Positions 18,901 through 28,106 of a stretch of DNA of 64,000 bases are shown here, in pieces. The notes below the pieces were generated by a model that saw nothing but the letters and a program-made list of their open reading frames with translations, was not told the origin of the DNA and made no database searches. Made by a program: the position numbers and the translations under genes. Source of the stretch: a virus (taxonomy: Duplodnaviria; Caudoviricetes); IMG/VR virus record IMGVR_UViG_3300037361_000044, positions 32,001 to 96,000 of that record, one strand, 5' to 3'. Position 1 is the stretch's first letter; each line of letters starts with the position of its first letter.

Positions 18901-18997
18901 GACGGACTACGAGTTCAATGCCGACGACGCCGATTCACCCAATCAACCTGACATACCAATTGGCTCGGATGTACCGGGCACAGGAGCAAGTTACTGA
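15914..18997 (+). CDS. large putative virion structural protein (tail/baseplate-associated)
   Basis: 1027 aa from ATG 15914; helical termini and a T/S/V/G-rich beta core with repeated GD.L.I.SG...G.Y motifs, as in 55860..59861. Confidence 0.7.
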   Translation: MANYTSAEIQAAVEKVVRSSVRNTTGALGQRQVETSFSDLQEAAAGVYILYFNAPFYTIYLGTTRLTDAAETQAQTISALIDAVYATDKLVTPITDISPIANAKAALQELEGAVTARSQSFSDITKVPAFRRYAQNLTNFITQNGANLKGTTIDTDEGSETYGQAVTGITDTPSGARSRIPALVRQLKDQHDELIRRAKLLSVALEDFGSMNLPQVAAQGVISRARQVLDSRYAELEALNENQRLENLRAIVLDLLTQQPIVEQYGAAQAPSQYVTTRGMAVAYSDGTHPATPAALASLLRGPYPTTSTSHIIDLTLDGATAISYPLPISLVAELQGILTAPFNIDSTNNALTILFGDPDASPITFHVTLPSGLHSAQDLAAAVNTMTGSSGLTCEATFSPLRYQSNVVVTSLGGNNARFIVIAGALTGLGIDDACEIDVLSGPDAGTTWTVTAVDPAGAYMDATGSAPVTPVGLPDGIEVKVGPATRSLLLRDTQEAISVGMRRAIQLPVTNGVEDLGAATLGWYPGAYSRSRPVAAKDIADNITASSTQMGASAVFETAVYEGAARSSTADAGMVVLSKFQGSGTITGGLTATFTYIGSFDVELWEVFVIRGSITAADVNRWGIVSSVTYGATTTTVVVTFSQAVTAGDVDIETGPNAYFTFGDVLKITSGNNQGRYVVREDRGVGTTCPLEVLLESAVPAPKDGANAVSFNVQLGQEYVVFQSKSKLNTSRVTVTGGSASSLFFPTLPATAAGTTPYLRFESFPSGATVGDVLQIFQTDYSVVTRQFDIKTLEQGTRVVKVSPDFEVTASYSFAFDTPAPFGRIRVSKVADYTTLKSRLTAWLALAPQQELYWRSLTAVLNPVLSNNNPTAQQVNDAVHLLLTMLEELTESGAALTSADATKTLRYALVEYVAPAEEPVDTLLTTFRHKGADRAIDLLLEGQFSVFFGLDADGVSYSGRLLSSLRTMTREDLPVRKFGRGKAAQTLIGQSQEQTDYEFNADDADSPNQPDIPIGSDVPGTGASY

Positions 18998-19302
18998 TGG
19001 AAACCAAACTAACAATAGAGCTCACGTTACAAGATGGCCAATGGGGCAGCGGAGATGCGCTGTACATGCCGCTGGTGAAAGTGAGTGTAGACGGTAAGCC
19101 CATTAGCTGCCTAACGTACCTGCGGTTGGCAGCTTCCAGCGAGTTACCGGAGGGCCCTTGCCTCACTTTTAGTGTGGGGCGCATGGACTTCAAGCTCGCA
19201 CCTAACGAGGAGGCACCCCCAGGCTGGGCGGAGTTTTTGGAGAAGGTCGCAGAGGAGGATAAGCTGCTACTGCCATTCCGGCAGGTGGGAGGCGGCTACT
19301 GA
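18997..19302 (+). CDS. hypothetical protein
   Basis: TGATG coupling. Confidence 0.55.
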   Translation: METKLTIELTLQDGQWGSGDALYMPLVKVSVDGKPISCLTYLRLAASSELPEGPCLTFSVGRMDFKLAPNEEAPPGWAEFLEKVAEEDKLLLPFRQVGGGY

Positions 19303-19601
19303 TGAAGAAGATAGCCAGGTACCGCGACACGCTGGCTGAGCTTCAGCAGCAGGAAGAGAGTGAACGCGCCGCCATGAATGCTGGGCCTGCGAAGGAGCTG
19401 CACCTCGATAGTGACGGCTATCTACACGGTACAGCCGGTTGGCAGCGCGCTCTCAAAGATCCGGAGAACTGGGAGGCCCTGTGGTGTGGTGGCCTCTGGG
19501 TGAAGCACGAGATCTGGACTACGTGGGAAGACGTTGACGAGAGCGCTCGATTTCAGAGAGTGAACGATAAGCCGATTACGCACGAGGAACTTAATGGCTA
19601 A
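19302..19601 (+). CDS. hypothetical protein
   Basis: GGAGG RBS, TGATG coupling. Confidence 0.55.
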   Translation: MKKIARYRDTLAELQQQEESERAAMNAGPAKELHLDSDGYLHGTAGWQRALKDPENWEALWCGGLWVKHEIWTTWEDVDESARFQRVNDKPITHEELNG

Positions 19602-20373
19602 TACAATAATCAGTTCAAGCACGAAGCACTCCATCAACGACACGCCGCTACAGGAAACTGAGCGCAAGGTCATCTACGACTTGCTGATGGACTTGCGGGA
19701 CGGGGCTCTGCGGGATCCAGAAGTCCCACCACTGAATGAGCTGTTCGCTGCTGTGGAGTTCACAGCGCATGCGGATGGCGAGACGCTGGTTGTTGAAGGC
19801 GCACTGCTGGAGCGTAGACGCATGAGCGAGTGCTTGTCCCCAGAGGTCGTCGAGATGGTGAAATCGCTGCCGGTCGAAGAGGACACCTGGCTGCTTGTGG
19901 TCTACCATCCTCAGGGCGTTGGTGTGTTCAACGTGCGAGTGCCGGGCGTGTCCGCCTCAGCAGCGACTGAGCCTCAAGCAGCTAGCGTCAAGCCCACCAA
20001 CGACCAGCTGCATGAGCAGCTAGGTGAGCATCTGCAGTTGAGCCGAGTGCAGACTGGGCGCATCCTGCAGGAGGTAGAACGCCTTTGCGCACTGCGCTTG
20101 GAGATCCCCAACGCACCACCAGTGCATGAGATGGTGGCCATCATCCACGTAGAAAACAGTGGCCAACTGCATGGGGCGCTCGCTGACCATGGCGAATTGG
20201 TCAAGGTCACAAGCGCGCAGGTGCAGAAGGCTTTGCTCGAGACCCCAGGCAAGTCACCAGGCAAGATGCTCGTGATGCTGATTGCGGAATCTGGCAAGGG
20301 CGGGGTCTTCTCGGTCATCGTGGAGGACTTGCCCAGCATCAATGCCAAGGGCGCTCGTGGAGTGATGAACTAG
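19594..20373 (+). CDS. hypothetical protein with two-fold internal repeat
   Basis: ALRDPEVPPLNEL..GVGVFNV versus ALRLEIPNAPPVHEM..KGGVFSV. Confidence 0.65.
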   Translation: MANTIISSSTKHSINDTPLQETERKVIYDLLMDLRDGALRDPEVPPLNELFAAVEFTAHADGETLVVEGALLERRRMSECLSPEVVEMVKSLPVEEDTWLLVVYHPQGVGVFNVRVPGVSASAATEPQAASVKPTNDQLHEQLGEHLQLSRVQTGRILQEVERLCALRLEIPNAPPVHEMVAIIHVENSGQLHGALADHGELVKVTSAQVQKALLETPGKSPGKMLVMLIAESGKGGVFSVIVEDLPSINAKGARGVMN

Positions 20374-20387
20374 GGTAGGTAGTAATC

Positions 20388-20801
20388 ATGCTTGTTCGAA
20401 TACGATGGGAGCCCGGTAAGTATTCCATCTCCATACCCGTTGACGAACCCGGCGAAGAGCAGCAGCAAAGGGTGCTGCTCGACGTGGAGGAGTTTGCGAT
20501 GGAGTTGACCAACGTCTATGACGTAAAGCCAGTTGTCAGCCGTTCCCGGCTGGCTTTGAGTGTGCACGCAGTGGAAGGAACGGACTGCGGGAAGTACATC
20601 GTCCGTCTTGTGTTCCTGGTTGAGGCACACTTGGATGCTAGCCTGTTCCTGCTGCGCGCCACGCCGCCCACGGCAAACAAGTTCGGACGCTTCATTGTGA
20701 CCGAGCGGCTCTGGTACCTACCGCCAGTGACTGCAGAGATAGAAGAGGCCTTGAGGCTTCAGAAGGAAGTAGATGAGATCGAGACAACCGGACTTGGTTG
20801 A
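20388..20801 (+). CDS. hypothetical protein
   Basis: 137-aa ORF. Confidence 0.6.
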   Translation: MLVRIRWEPGKYSISIPVDEPGEEQQQRVLLDVEEFAMELTNVYDVKPVVSRSRLALSVHAVEGTDCGKYIVRLVFLVEAHLDASLFLLRATPPTANKFGRFIVTERLWYLPPVTAEIEEALRLQKEVDEIETTGLG

Positions 20802-21148
20802 CCGCTGGCCTGGAGACCCTCCACGCTATCGGCACTATGACTTCGAGCTACCAACAGACGCCAGGTTCTTGACTGCACATCGAGAGCCCGTGCGCCCCAT
20901 GGAGCTGGACTTCGACTACGTGCTGGACATGCACTCCATCTTCGTGCAGAGCGGAACGCCTTGCCCAGGGTGTGGCGTATGCCGAAAGGACTTACGATGA
21001 TAGCACGCAGACTCACTGGTGGAGACCTGGTGCGCCCGCAGCCGGGGCATTGGGACGACCTGCGTACGTACTTGCACCCGGAGTGGCCAACGACTCCACC
21101 TATTTGCTTTGTGGTGGCCAGGTGGATCGCTGAGCAGAAGGGGTTACT

Positions 21149-21397
21149 ATGAAGTACTACGTGGTTGCTGGCAGCAACAAGCATGGCGACTTGGTGGTGC
21201 TGGACACGTATAGAGGCTGGTTTATCTACGGAGTACCTGACGTACAAAGCTACATTCTTGGTCGCCCCTTCAGGAGCCACTCAGAGTGCAAGCGTGCGGC
21301 AAGACGTGCGCTGCGCCTGTTCCCCAACTACCACCTAGTGCCGACAGAGGTGGTCAGCGGCGGTAAACACCATAAGGCTGTAGAATCGGAGGCATGA
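21149..21397 (+). CDS. hypothetical protein
   Basis: ATGA-coupled on both sides. Confidence 0.55.
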   Translation: MKYYVVAGSNKHGDLVVLDTYRGWFIYGVPDVQSYILGRPFRSHSECKRAARRALRLFPNYHLVPTEVVSGGKHHKAVESEA

Positions 21398-21864
21398 GTC
21401 ACAGCCAAGGACCATACACACTGGACGAGGATACGAGCCCTCAGACCCCCGAGGCTCTGAGGGCCGCACTTCAACGAGGAATACGCGTGAGCAAAATGAC
21501 CGATACCTGCACAATAGTGCGCAAAGAGCATGGCGTGTCCACGGTTGTGGCTATGGCGCTCAAAGATGACCCGAGCATGAAGCTTGTTGCCCTTGGGCGT
21601 TGCTACGACTGCTACAACTTGCACGCACCCTACATGGTGAAGGACGCCGTGTGGACGCGCGCCTGGCCAAACTACACAGCTGTTCGAGCTAGGATTCAAT
21701 CCCTGTTCCCGGCTAAGGTCCACCTGGACCTATGCCTCAACTGCCTTGTTCTGCGCCTTGGGCGGGACTTGGCTTTGGAGGACCTTACGGATAAGCCAAT
21801 CAACGACTCTATTGTGCTTGGCTACACGATGGGGCGTGCCTTCGAAAGGGGCCTTGCAAGATGA
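21394..21864 (+). CDS. Zn-finger-like phage protein
   Basis: CYDC..YMVKDAVW..LCLNCL..RLGR. Confidence 0.65.
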   Translation: MSHSQGPYTLDEDTSPQTPEALRAALQRGIRVSKMTDTCTIVRKEHGVSTVVAMALKDDPSMKLVALGRCYDCYNLHAPYMVKDAVWTRAWPNYTAVRARIQSLFPAKVHLDLCLNCLVLRLGRDLALEDLTDKPINDSIVLGYTMGRAFERGLAR

Positions 21865-22187
21865 CCACAGAAACCACAGCGTACCTCGCCTACGGCGTTG
21901 TCCTGCAAGAGGGTGACATTGACTACCCCGATGAGTTCGGGAATGCTGTAGTCGCCTCGAATGCATTGTCGTTGGCGTGCTTTGGCAATTCCTCGGAGTG
22001 CACCCGAATCCTCTGCATCAAGTCGTCAGTGATCAAGACGCAGTGGCATCCGCAACGCGTGGCGCTGGGCCTCGACGCGCTAATCGCCGCACAGGACTGG
22101 AATGGGCTACTTCTGCGCCTCTGCGGCAACCACAATAAGAAGATGGAGGCCACTCCCAGCTGGCTCCTCTTCTTCACGAGGTTGTGA
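21861..22187 (+). CDS. hypothetical protein
   Basis: TTAYLAYGV N-terminus; ATGA-coupled. Confidence 0.6.
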   Translation: MTTETTAYLAYGVVLQEGDIDYPDEFGNAVVASNALSLACFGNSSECTRILCIKSSVIKTQWHPQRVALGLDALIAAQDWNGLLLRLCGNHNKKMEATPSWLLFFTRL

Positions 22188-22627
22188 TGATCGGTTGGCA
22201 TGACCCTGCTGTGCAGATGCCTCCTGTGGGGCTTCTTGTTCACGTCAAGCTTCGCCACTACACTTTTGGCGCTGTCGTCAAAGCTGAGATGAAGCATGTG
22301 GACGACGACGATTGCGCTTGGCGCTTCGATACAGGGGACGAGCTCAGCCTCACCTACGACGTCATTAGGTGGCGGTACATGGGCTGTTGGCTGGTGCTCT
22401 TCCTCATGTGGCTTGGTTTGCTGCCAGGCCACCATACGCATGACCCAAGGCTGCGTACTCCAGAGATGGAGGTTTGGCTCACCGAGGAAGCTGCTAGAGC
22501 AAAACGGAATAAGATACTTGCCAGGAAGAACCTGCGTGTCGAGCAGAAGGGGAGGGAGAAACAGAGAAAGCTTCGGCAGAAGTACAACCGATGGCGTAAC
22601 TGGAACAAGATTGGTGGGTGGCGATGA
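22184..22627 (+). CDS. DUF551-like N-terminus fused to a hydrophobic/basic tail
   Basis: WHDPAVQMPP...DVIRWRY. Confidence 0.5.
   Translation: MMIGWHDPAVQMPPVGLLVHVKLRHYTFGAVVKAEMKHVDDDDCAWRFDTGDELSLTYDVIRWRYMGCWLVLFLMWLGLLPGHHTHDPRLRTPEMEVWLTEEAARAKRNKILARKNLRVEQKGREKQRKLRQKYNRWRNWNKIGGWR
22485..22513 (+). promoter_or_regulatory. internal class A promoter AGGAAG-N15-GGAATAAG
   Basis: Full motif including the YR at +6/+7, inside 22184..22627. Confidence 0.45.
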
Positions 22628-22863
22628 AGAACTTCGGTGTTGACCAGGCCACTTTCATGGCGTGGGCAGGTCCAGGGCAGCTACGGCTGGACAAGAGCGT
22701 GGTATTCACGCTGGATGGCAGCAAGCTGCCCAAGAAGAGCCTGCTGCTCAAGGTACTTGATTCTTTGGACTCTGGGGAGGTCGTAGACCTTCTCAACAGG
22801 GACGCCGAGGTAATCGCCCATGTGGAGTTCACAAAGGATGGCTACATAGGAACTTGGCTGTAA
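22618..22863 (+). CDS. hypothetical protein
   Basis: 81-aa ORF. Confidence 0.55.
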   Translation: MAMKNFGVDQATFMAWAGPGQLRLDKSVVFTLDGSKLPKKSLLLKVLDSLDSGEVVDLLNRDAEVIAHVEFTKDGYIGTWL

Positions 22864-22885
22864 GCTAGGCGGTTGTGAGGACCCA

Positions 22886-23200
22886 ATGCCAATGACAGTA
22901 GACAAGGTATTCTTGGCCACGCTGACTGAGCTCGAGAAGATGTCTTCGCCTGCCCCCTGGGAAGTCCCAGAGGGGCCAGGCGGCTCTGCTTTTGTTGGTG
23001 GGCAACGCTGCGTGGTGGTGCAGAGTTCGAAGACGCGGGCGATTGTGGCGTACGTGCCCAAGAGCCAATGGAGCAGCGCCACAGACCATGAGCTGATAGT
23101 GGCGATGCGAAATGGACTACCTGCACTTCTCGAGGAGATCTCTCGCTTGAAGAAGCGGGTGTTCGAGCTCGAAGAGCTGATTGATGGCGACGGCAAGTGA
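22886..23200 (+). CDS. ead/Ea22-like protein
   Basis: SPAPWE...ELIVAMRNGLPALLEEISRL. Confidence 0.65.
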   Translation: MPMTVDKVFLATLTELEKMSSPAPWEVPEGPGGSAFVGGQRCVVVQSSKTRAIVAYVPKSQWSSATDHELIVAMRNGLPALLEEISRLKKRVFELEELIDGDGK

Positions 23201-23296
23201 CGGTTCTAACGAAGTTGATGGTGTGCGCGGTAGGCGGGCTGCTTCTAGTGGCCCTCTCTGCCGTGTGCTCGCTACGAGAGAGGAAAGAACAGCAAC

Positions 23297-23608
23297 ATGA
23301 GCGAAGTACAACTGATCGGGGTAACGAAGGGCATTAGCAAGCCGTCCAAGGTATTGGCCACCTTGGTGGAGCTGAACACATCAAGCCTGGTTCTGCCAGG
23401 GATGCCCGAGCGGCCTGCTGCAGATCCGAACATGAAGTTCCTGATGATCTGCATGCTGCCAACGCCGCAAGGGCAAATCCCTGTGGTTGTGGGAGGCCCG
23501 ACCAGGGGTGCCGTGGAGGCAGCTTTCAAGCTGAAGCTCTCTGACGCCCTGGTGCAGATGAGCGTTGTCTCCATGCAGCAAGTGGAGGTTGAGGTCCCTG
23601 GTGGCTAA
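23297..23608 (+). CDS. hypothetical protein
   Basis: 103-aa ORF with RBS. Confidence 0.6.
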   Translation: MSEVQLIGVTKGISKPSKVLATLVELNTSSLVLPGMPERPAADPNMKFLMICMLPTPQGQIPVVVGGPTRGAVEAAFKLKLSDALVQMSVVSMQQVEVEVPGG

Positions 23609-23864
23609 CGCTGCACGCCCAGCACCACTCACGCGCACTTTCAACAACTTGGAGCTGGCGTACACGCCTGGTCACGATTGGGTTGTGATTAGAGCCAGCT
23701 ACAAGGACTTCATCCACGGGTACGTGCTGGATGTGACAGGATCTCCCAAGCTTGAGCTGTCACTTGGGACTACTATCACGTTCGCTACGCTGTCAGTTCT
23801 GCAGGAGTTCGTGAAGACCTTGCTGGAGGGCACTACGCATGAACAAGCCGATAGCAGTGGTTGA
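23601..23864 (+). CDS. hypothetical protein
   Basis: GAGG RBS, GTG 23601. Confidence 0.5.
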   Translation: MANAARPAPLTRTFNNLELAYTPGHDWVVIRASYKDFIHGYVLDVTGSPKLELSLGTTITFATLSVLQEFVKTLLEGTTHEQADSSG

Positions 23865-24207
23865 TGGTCTTGTCATCGAGGATGGCGACCGCGTGCTATT
23901 CAAGGGGCAGCCCAAAGCGCGCAACAATGGTGTGTACGAGGTGCGTCGCGTACAAGCACGCATTTGCGACATTGGCCCGGAGTTGAAGGGCAGTGCTATG
24001 GCCAAGGTTGCGCAGCGGGCAGTGGAGGCGCTAACGGTGCTCCCTGTGCACGGGCTGATTACGGACATGGAGTCTCGCAAGCTTGCGCAGCGCATTCAGA
24101 GGTACGTAGCAAAGTACGGGATGTCCTTGATCACCACTGGCTTCAAGCAGTACGCGATACGCCGGCTGGAGGAAGATACACCGAAGAAGGCTTCGAAGAA
24201 GAAGTAA
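23839..24207 (+). CDS. hypothetical protein with tail-fibre-like N-terminal motif
   Basis: VDGLVIEDGDRVLFKGQPKARNNGVYEV. Confidence 0.6.
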   Translation: MNKPIAVVDGLVIEDGDRVLFKGQPKARNNGVYEVRRVQARICDIGPELKGSAMAKVAQRAVEALTVLPVHGLITDMESRKLAQRIQRYVAKYGMSLITTGFKQYAIRRLEEDTPKKASKKK

Positions 24208-24244
24208 AGGAGAGGCGGCGTCTTGCCACGCGCAAGGCGCCGCC
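24206..24244 (-). terminator. intrinsic terminator between convergent genes
   Basis: GGCGGCGTCTTGC-cacgc-GCAAGGCGCCGCC. Confidence 0.65.
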
Positions 24245-24255
24245 ACTGCATCCTG

Positions 24256-24633
24256 CTAGAGCGGGAAGTTCAGGCTCGCTTTGGTGGCGGCGAAGACCTC
24301 TTCGTCGATCTCCATGCCGTCGTCCGTAGCCTTGGCACCTGGGAACTTGGCTTCCAGGCTCTGATCGAGTCGAATTGCCAGCTCCGTTTGCTTTTCAATT
24401 AGCTCCTCAGGGCGGATGAGTCCACGTTGCAGCAGCACCTCCACCAGTGCATCTAGCTTTACGCCCTTGCGCATGGAGTTCTCATGCAGGTCTTGCAACG
24501 CGCGGTTGGCCCCATCCACGTCGTCACGCGTTCCGAGCTGCCAGAGGGAGTAGACCTCCTTCCACTGCACGACGCGATTCATGACTTTGGCGTAGTAGTT
24601 CTTCAAGGTTTCGATTCGTCTCTGGTTGCACAT
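24256..24633 (-). CDS. WQLGTR-motif phage protein (paralog of 29417..29788)
   Basis: WQLGTR..DG...LEAKFPG.KA.DDG..ID. Confidence 0.75.
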   Translation of the reverse strand: MCNQRRIETLKNYYAKVMNRVVQWKEVYSLWQLGTRDDVDGANRALQDLHENSMRKGVKLDALVEVLLQRGLIRPEELIEKQTELAIRLDQSLEAKFPGAKATDDGMEIDEEVFAATKASLNFPL

Positions 24634-24641
24634 GGTACTTG

Positions 24642-25259
24642 TTACTCCGTGGTGTAGCTCTGGATCTCAGGAGCGCCGGCGATGTACGTGGCGCAGGCTG
24701 CGTCAACACCGGCGATGGTGGTTGCTGCCTGCAGGTCTTGGATGACGGTCTCTGCTGCGGTAAAGAGTCCGGTGACATAGACGCCAAGGGCTTCGACCAC
24801 AGCAGTGAACCCGTTAGCATTGGTAATGTCGATGTACGTGCTTCCATCTCTGGAGTGCACGCGGAAGGGGTAGCTGATACCCAATGAGGCCCACTTGCCA
24901 CCGATGGACTGCCAATACAACCAGCGTCCTTGGTCCTTGTCCGTGGTTGCGGTGTACTTGCCCGAGCCTGCGGGGTATTCAACGCCCTGCCCGAACTCAA
25001 TGTGGGCCTCTCTGGCGTTGCACACCTCGTTGACCTTCTGGGCTTTGTACGTTACAAGCTCGGCGGCATCCACCACCGCTTTCTCCTCTGTCGTCATCTC
25101 AACGAGGAGGTCACCGACAATCTTGATGTACTTGAGAGGTACAGTTCCGAGGATGGTGAGATCCGGGTTGATGATCCAGTCAGACACCGGGTAGTCGGGA
25201 GTGTTCACGCTGTACAGTATCTGGATAGGTACTGCAGTTCGGTTCACTACGTTGGCCAT
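24642..25259 (-). CDS. tail-fibre assembly / DUF4376-like protein
   Basis: EMTTEEKAVVDAAELVTYKAQK...LQAATTIAGVDA architecture; AAGGA RBS. Confidence 0.6.
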   Translation of the reverse strand: MANVVNRTAVPIQILYSVNTPDYPVSDWIINPDLTILGTVPLKYIKIVGDLLVEMTTEEKAVVDAAELVTYKAQKVNEVCNAREAHIEFGQGVEYPAGSGKYTATTDKDQGRWLYWQSIGGKWASLGISYPFRVHSRDGSTYIDITNANGFTAVVEALGVYVTGLFTAAETVIQDLQAATTIAGVDAACATYIAGAPEIQSYTTE

Positions 25260-25310
25260 GCGTTTCCTTTCCTGCGCAACAGCGCGCAGTACTACGATGG
25301 TACCATCCAG

Positions 25311-25339
25311 CCGAAGTAGCCAAGCATTCAGGGCATAAG
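25311..25339 (+). promoter_or_regulatory. class A promoter CCGAAG-N15-GGCATAAG
   Basis: Upstream of the GGAGG RBS of 25360; back-to-back with TGGTACCAT (minus strand, 25297-25305). Confidence 0.65.
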
Positions 25340-25359
25340 AGCTTTGGAGGCATTGCTAC

Positions 25360-25671
25360 ATGCTGAAGTTGAAAGTGTTTGTTATGAAGACGAAGAAGGA
25401 ACTACTTGAGGCGGGCGCCATCTGGCCCGAGGGATTCCAGGCACCCAACAGCCTCAACGAGAAGATTGCAGAGCTTGTGCGCAAACACGAGCAGCTGCTG
25501 GCATTCATTGTCTTTCAGATGGGGCAGTGCATGGACCAGAACGTGAAGGATCTACTGGGGTACCTTTGCGGGAAGTATACGCAGTTGGAGTTCCCAGAGA
25601 GTATTGAAGCAACTACATTCAGGCACGTGGACACCCGGGCTGCCTTTGCCAAGTTGGATACAAAATCATGA
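25360..25671 (+). CDS. hypothetical protein
   Basis: GGAGG RBS. Confidence 0.6.
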   Translation: MLKLKVFVMKTKKELLEAGAIWPEGFQAPNSLNEKIAELVRKHEQLLAFIVFQMGQCMDQNVKDLLGYLCGKYTQLEFPESIEATTFRHVDTRAAFAKLDTKS

Positions 25672-26069
25672 CCGATCGATACCATGGGTTTGTCGTCACC
25701 CTACAAGACGACGTACGTTCGGATGACGCTGACGACCTCATCAAGGCGCTCTCCATGGTGAAGGGCGTAATCTCTGTGCGTCCAAATGTCGGTGACGGCA
25801 TGCTCGGTATGGCAACTGACCGCGTGAAGCATCGCTACTACATGGCTATGCACGATGCCGTGCGCGGAGTATTCGAGGACACCTCCAAGCAGCAGCTCGT
25901 GTACCCGCCGCCCATGAAGAAGCGATTCATGGAGCCTTGGCAGTGGTCAGCCATCTTCTTCATCAGCTTGGCCGCAGCTTTGGCCATCATCGTGGTGGGG
26001 GTGCACATAAAAGATACGCGCGTGGAGGCGCTACAGCGGATGGAGAAGGCGTGCCGAGTCCCACGCTGA
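25668..26069 (+). CDS. conserved phage protein with C-terminal TM helix
   Basis: MTDRYHGFVVTL..DVRSDD..MVKGVISV; hydrophobic stretch WSAIFFISLAAALAIIVVGV. Confidence 0.65.
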   Translation: MTDRYHGFVVTLQDDVRSDDADDLIKALSMVKGVISVRPNVGDGMLGMATDRVKHRYYMAMHDAVRGVFEDTSKQQLVYPPPMKKRFMEPWQWSAIFFISLAAALAIIVVGVHIKDTRVEALQRMEKACRVPR

Positions 26070-26225
26070 ATGACTTCCCAGAGCCTGTTGATGGATACAA
26101 CCACAGGTACGCCTGGAACTGTACGCTCATCAACGAGATGACGTGGTGGCCCACGCTCAATAGGTACCAGCGTAATCGACTGAATGAGATGAAGGCATGG
26201 AACGCCAGGTTCCTTGAGAGGCAGC

Positions 26226-26432
26226 ATGACGCAGCAAGACCGAGCGCTAATAGCCCGGATTGAGCGTATGGGGTACGAGGAGATGGTGCGCGAGCTTCGG
26301 TTCGCGCCCATCGGCGCCCCTATGTTCACGGGAGAAGCCGGGGAGTTCTTCGGCAAAAGGTTGAGGCAACTACAATCCAGCTTGTCAGTTGCCGAGCAAG
26401 TGGCTATTTCAAAGAAGGTCGGGCATGGCTAA
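26226..26432 (+). CDS. conserved phage hypothetical protein
   Basis: YE...RFAPIG.P.F.GE.G...SKKVG motif. Confidence 0.7.
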   Translation: MTQQDRALIARIERMGYEEMVRELRFAPIGAPMFTGEAGEFFGKRLRQLQSSLSVAEQVAISKKVGHG

Positions 26433-26964
26433 GAAGCGCGCACGTGAGGAGCTTTGGGGTTTGACACCTAGTTCTGCCTTTAGTTTGATGCTAATGCTTA
26501 GAGGACCTCGTAGTGGCGCCGATAAGGCCACGCTGACAGAGTTGCATGTGGCTAAGTACATAGTACCGACAGCAAAAGACACGCTGTGGGAGCCCCGCTA
26601 TCGCCTAACCAGTGCGGGTAGGGCTATTTCTAAGGAGTTCAAAAGGAGAGATGCGCAAGAGCGCGTAGACGCAAGGCTTAGGTATCAAGAGCTGCAGAGA
26701 TTAGCGGAGTTGGCGCAAGAACTACGCAGCGTCACCGTAGACGATGAGGAAGACGAGGAAGACTTAGCGGATGAGGGTGAGTATGATCCGGAAGCCGCTA
26801 ACGACTACTACGACGCGGACTGCGGCCGCTGGGTACCTGACGGCCACGAAGTCTGTGACGCTTGCGCGGGCACAGGCACCGTGACATACGACCACGACCT
26901 GGAGGTGGTTTGCATGGAGTGCGATGGGGAAGGCTATATGCCACGTAGAATGGTTGATATATGA
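26425..26964 (+). CDS. protein with DnaJ-type CxxCxGxG zinc finger
   Basis: CDACAGTG...CMECDGEG. Confidence 0.65.
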   Translation: MAKKRAREELWGLTPSSAFSLMLMLRGPRSGADKATLTELHVAKYIVPTAKDTLWEPRYRLTSAGRAISKEFKRRDAQERVDARLRYQELQRLAELAQELRSVTVDDEEDEEDLADEGEYDPEAANDYYDADCGRWVPDGHEVCDACAGTGTVTYDHDLEVVCMECDGEGYMPRRMVDI

Positions 26965-28106
26965 GCTACGATCCAGAAAAGTGGGACGGAGAACGCGCGC
27001 TCCCAAAGTTGTATTCACGCACGGCCTCGGGAGCCATCAACACCTGGGAGGTGTGGCTGGCTAAGGCTGGAGGCGTCGTCGTACGCTGGGGCCAGATGGA
27101 TGGGGCTCTGCAGACGACGGTCTTTCAATGTGAAAGAAAGAATATCGGTAGGGCCAATGCCACCTCGATGGTGGAGCAGGCCAGGCGCGAGGCGATCTCC
27201 AAGTGGAAGAAGCAGCTCAAGAAGAAGTACTACATGAGCTTGGCGGACGCTGCGGGTCCTGCAACCCAGTCCAGGTTGAGGCCCATGCTGGCGAAGAAGC
27301 TGGAGGACAGAGCAGGTAAGTTCAAGTTCCCTGTTGATGTTCAGCCCAAGCTTGATGGTGTTCGCTGCCTGGCGCAGCGCATTGATGGCAGGGTGCAGCT
27401 CTTCAGTCGGGGCGGTGATCCGTACGACGTAGGGCACATCAGCACCGCTCTGGAGCACAATCTGGTGGATGACTACGTGGTTCTCGATGGTGAGATCTAC
27501 AGCCACGGCATGAGCCTGCAGAACATCATCTCTTTGGTGAAGCGGCCACAGGAGGCCAGCCTCAAGCTGACGTACAACGTATACGATATCGCCAGCACCG
27601 AGCAGGAGGAGCCATGGCACACACGCCGGGATTCCTTAGACAGCTGGTTCGAGTGGGCATGTAGTGAAGGCTTGCTGCCGTGCGTAAAGGGGGTGCACAC
27701 CCGCTCCGCCAACAGCATGGAGGAGCTGAAGGTCGCCCATGACTACTACGTGGAGGAGGGTTACGAGGGCGCCATCATTCGCTTGCTTGATGGGGTCTAC
27801 CGCTTTGGCTACCGCTCGAGCGACCTGTTGAAGATGAAAGAGTTCGACGACATGGAGTTCGAGCTCGTTGGCTGGGATGTGGGCAAGGGCAAGTTTGCGA
27901 ATGTCCCCATCTTCAGGTGTCGGGTGCCCTTCAACGGCAAGCTGTTCGATGTGACGCCTCGAGGTACAGCGGAGGTGCGCCGAGAACTGCTAACGCAAGC
28001 CAAGTCGATGATGGGGAAAAAGTACACTGTGCGGTACTTCGGGCTCACGGACGAGGGAGTACCTCGCTTCCCAGCGGGCATTGGAGTCCGCGAGAAGGGC
28101 ATGTAA
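26961..28106 (+). CDS. lig: ATP-dependent DNA ligase
   Basis: Motif I QPKLDGVRC, VLDGEIY, YDI, EGAIIR, LLKMK, and OB-fold end GVPRFP. Confidence 0.93.
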   Translation: MSYDPEKWDGERALPKLYSRTASGAINTWEVWLAKAGGVVVRWGQMDGALQTTVFQCERKNIGRANATSMVEQARREAISKWKKQLKKKYYMSLADAAGPATQSRLRPMLAKKLEDRAGKFKFPVDVQPKLDGVRCLAQRIDGRVQLFSRGGDPYDVGHISTALEHNLVDDYVVLDGEIYSHGMSLQNIISLVKRPQEASLKLTYNVYDIASTEQEEPWHTRRDSLDSWFEWACSEGLLPCVKGVHTRSANSMEELKVAHDYYVEEGYEGAIIRLLDGVYRFGYRSSDLLKMKEFDDMEFELVGWDVGKGKFANVPIFRCRVPFNGKLFDVTPRGTAEVRRELLTQAKSMMGKKYTVRYFGLTDEGVPRFPAGIGVREKGM

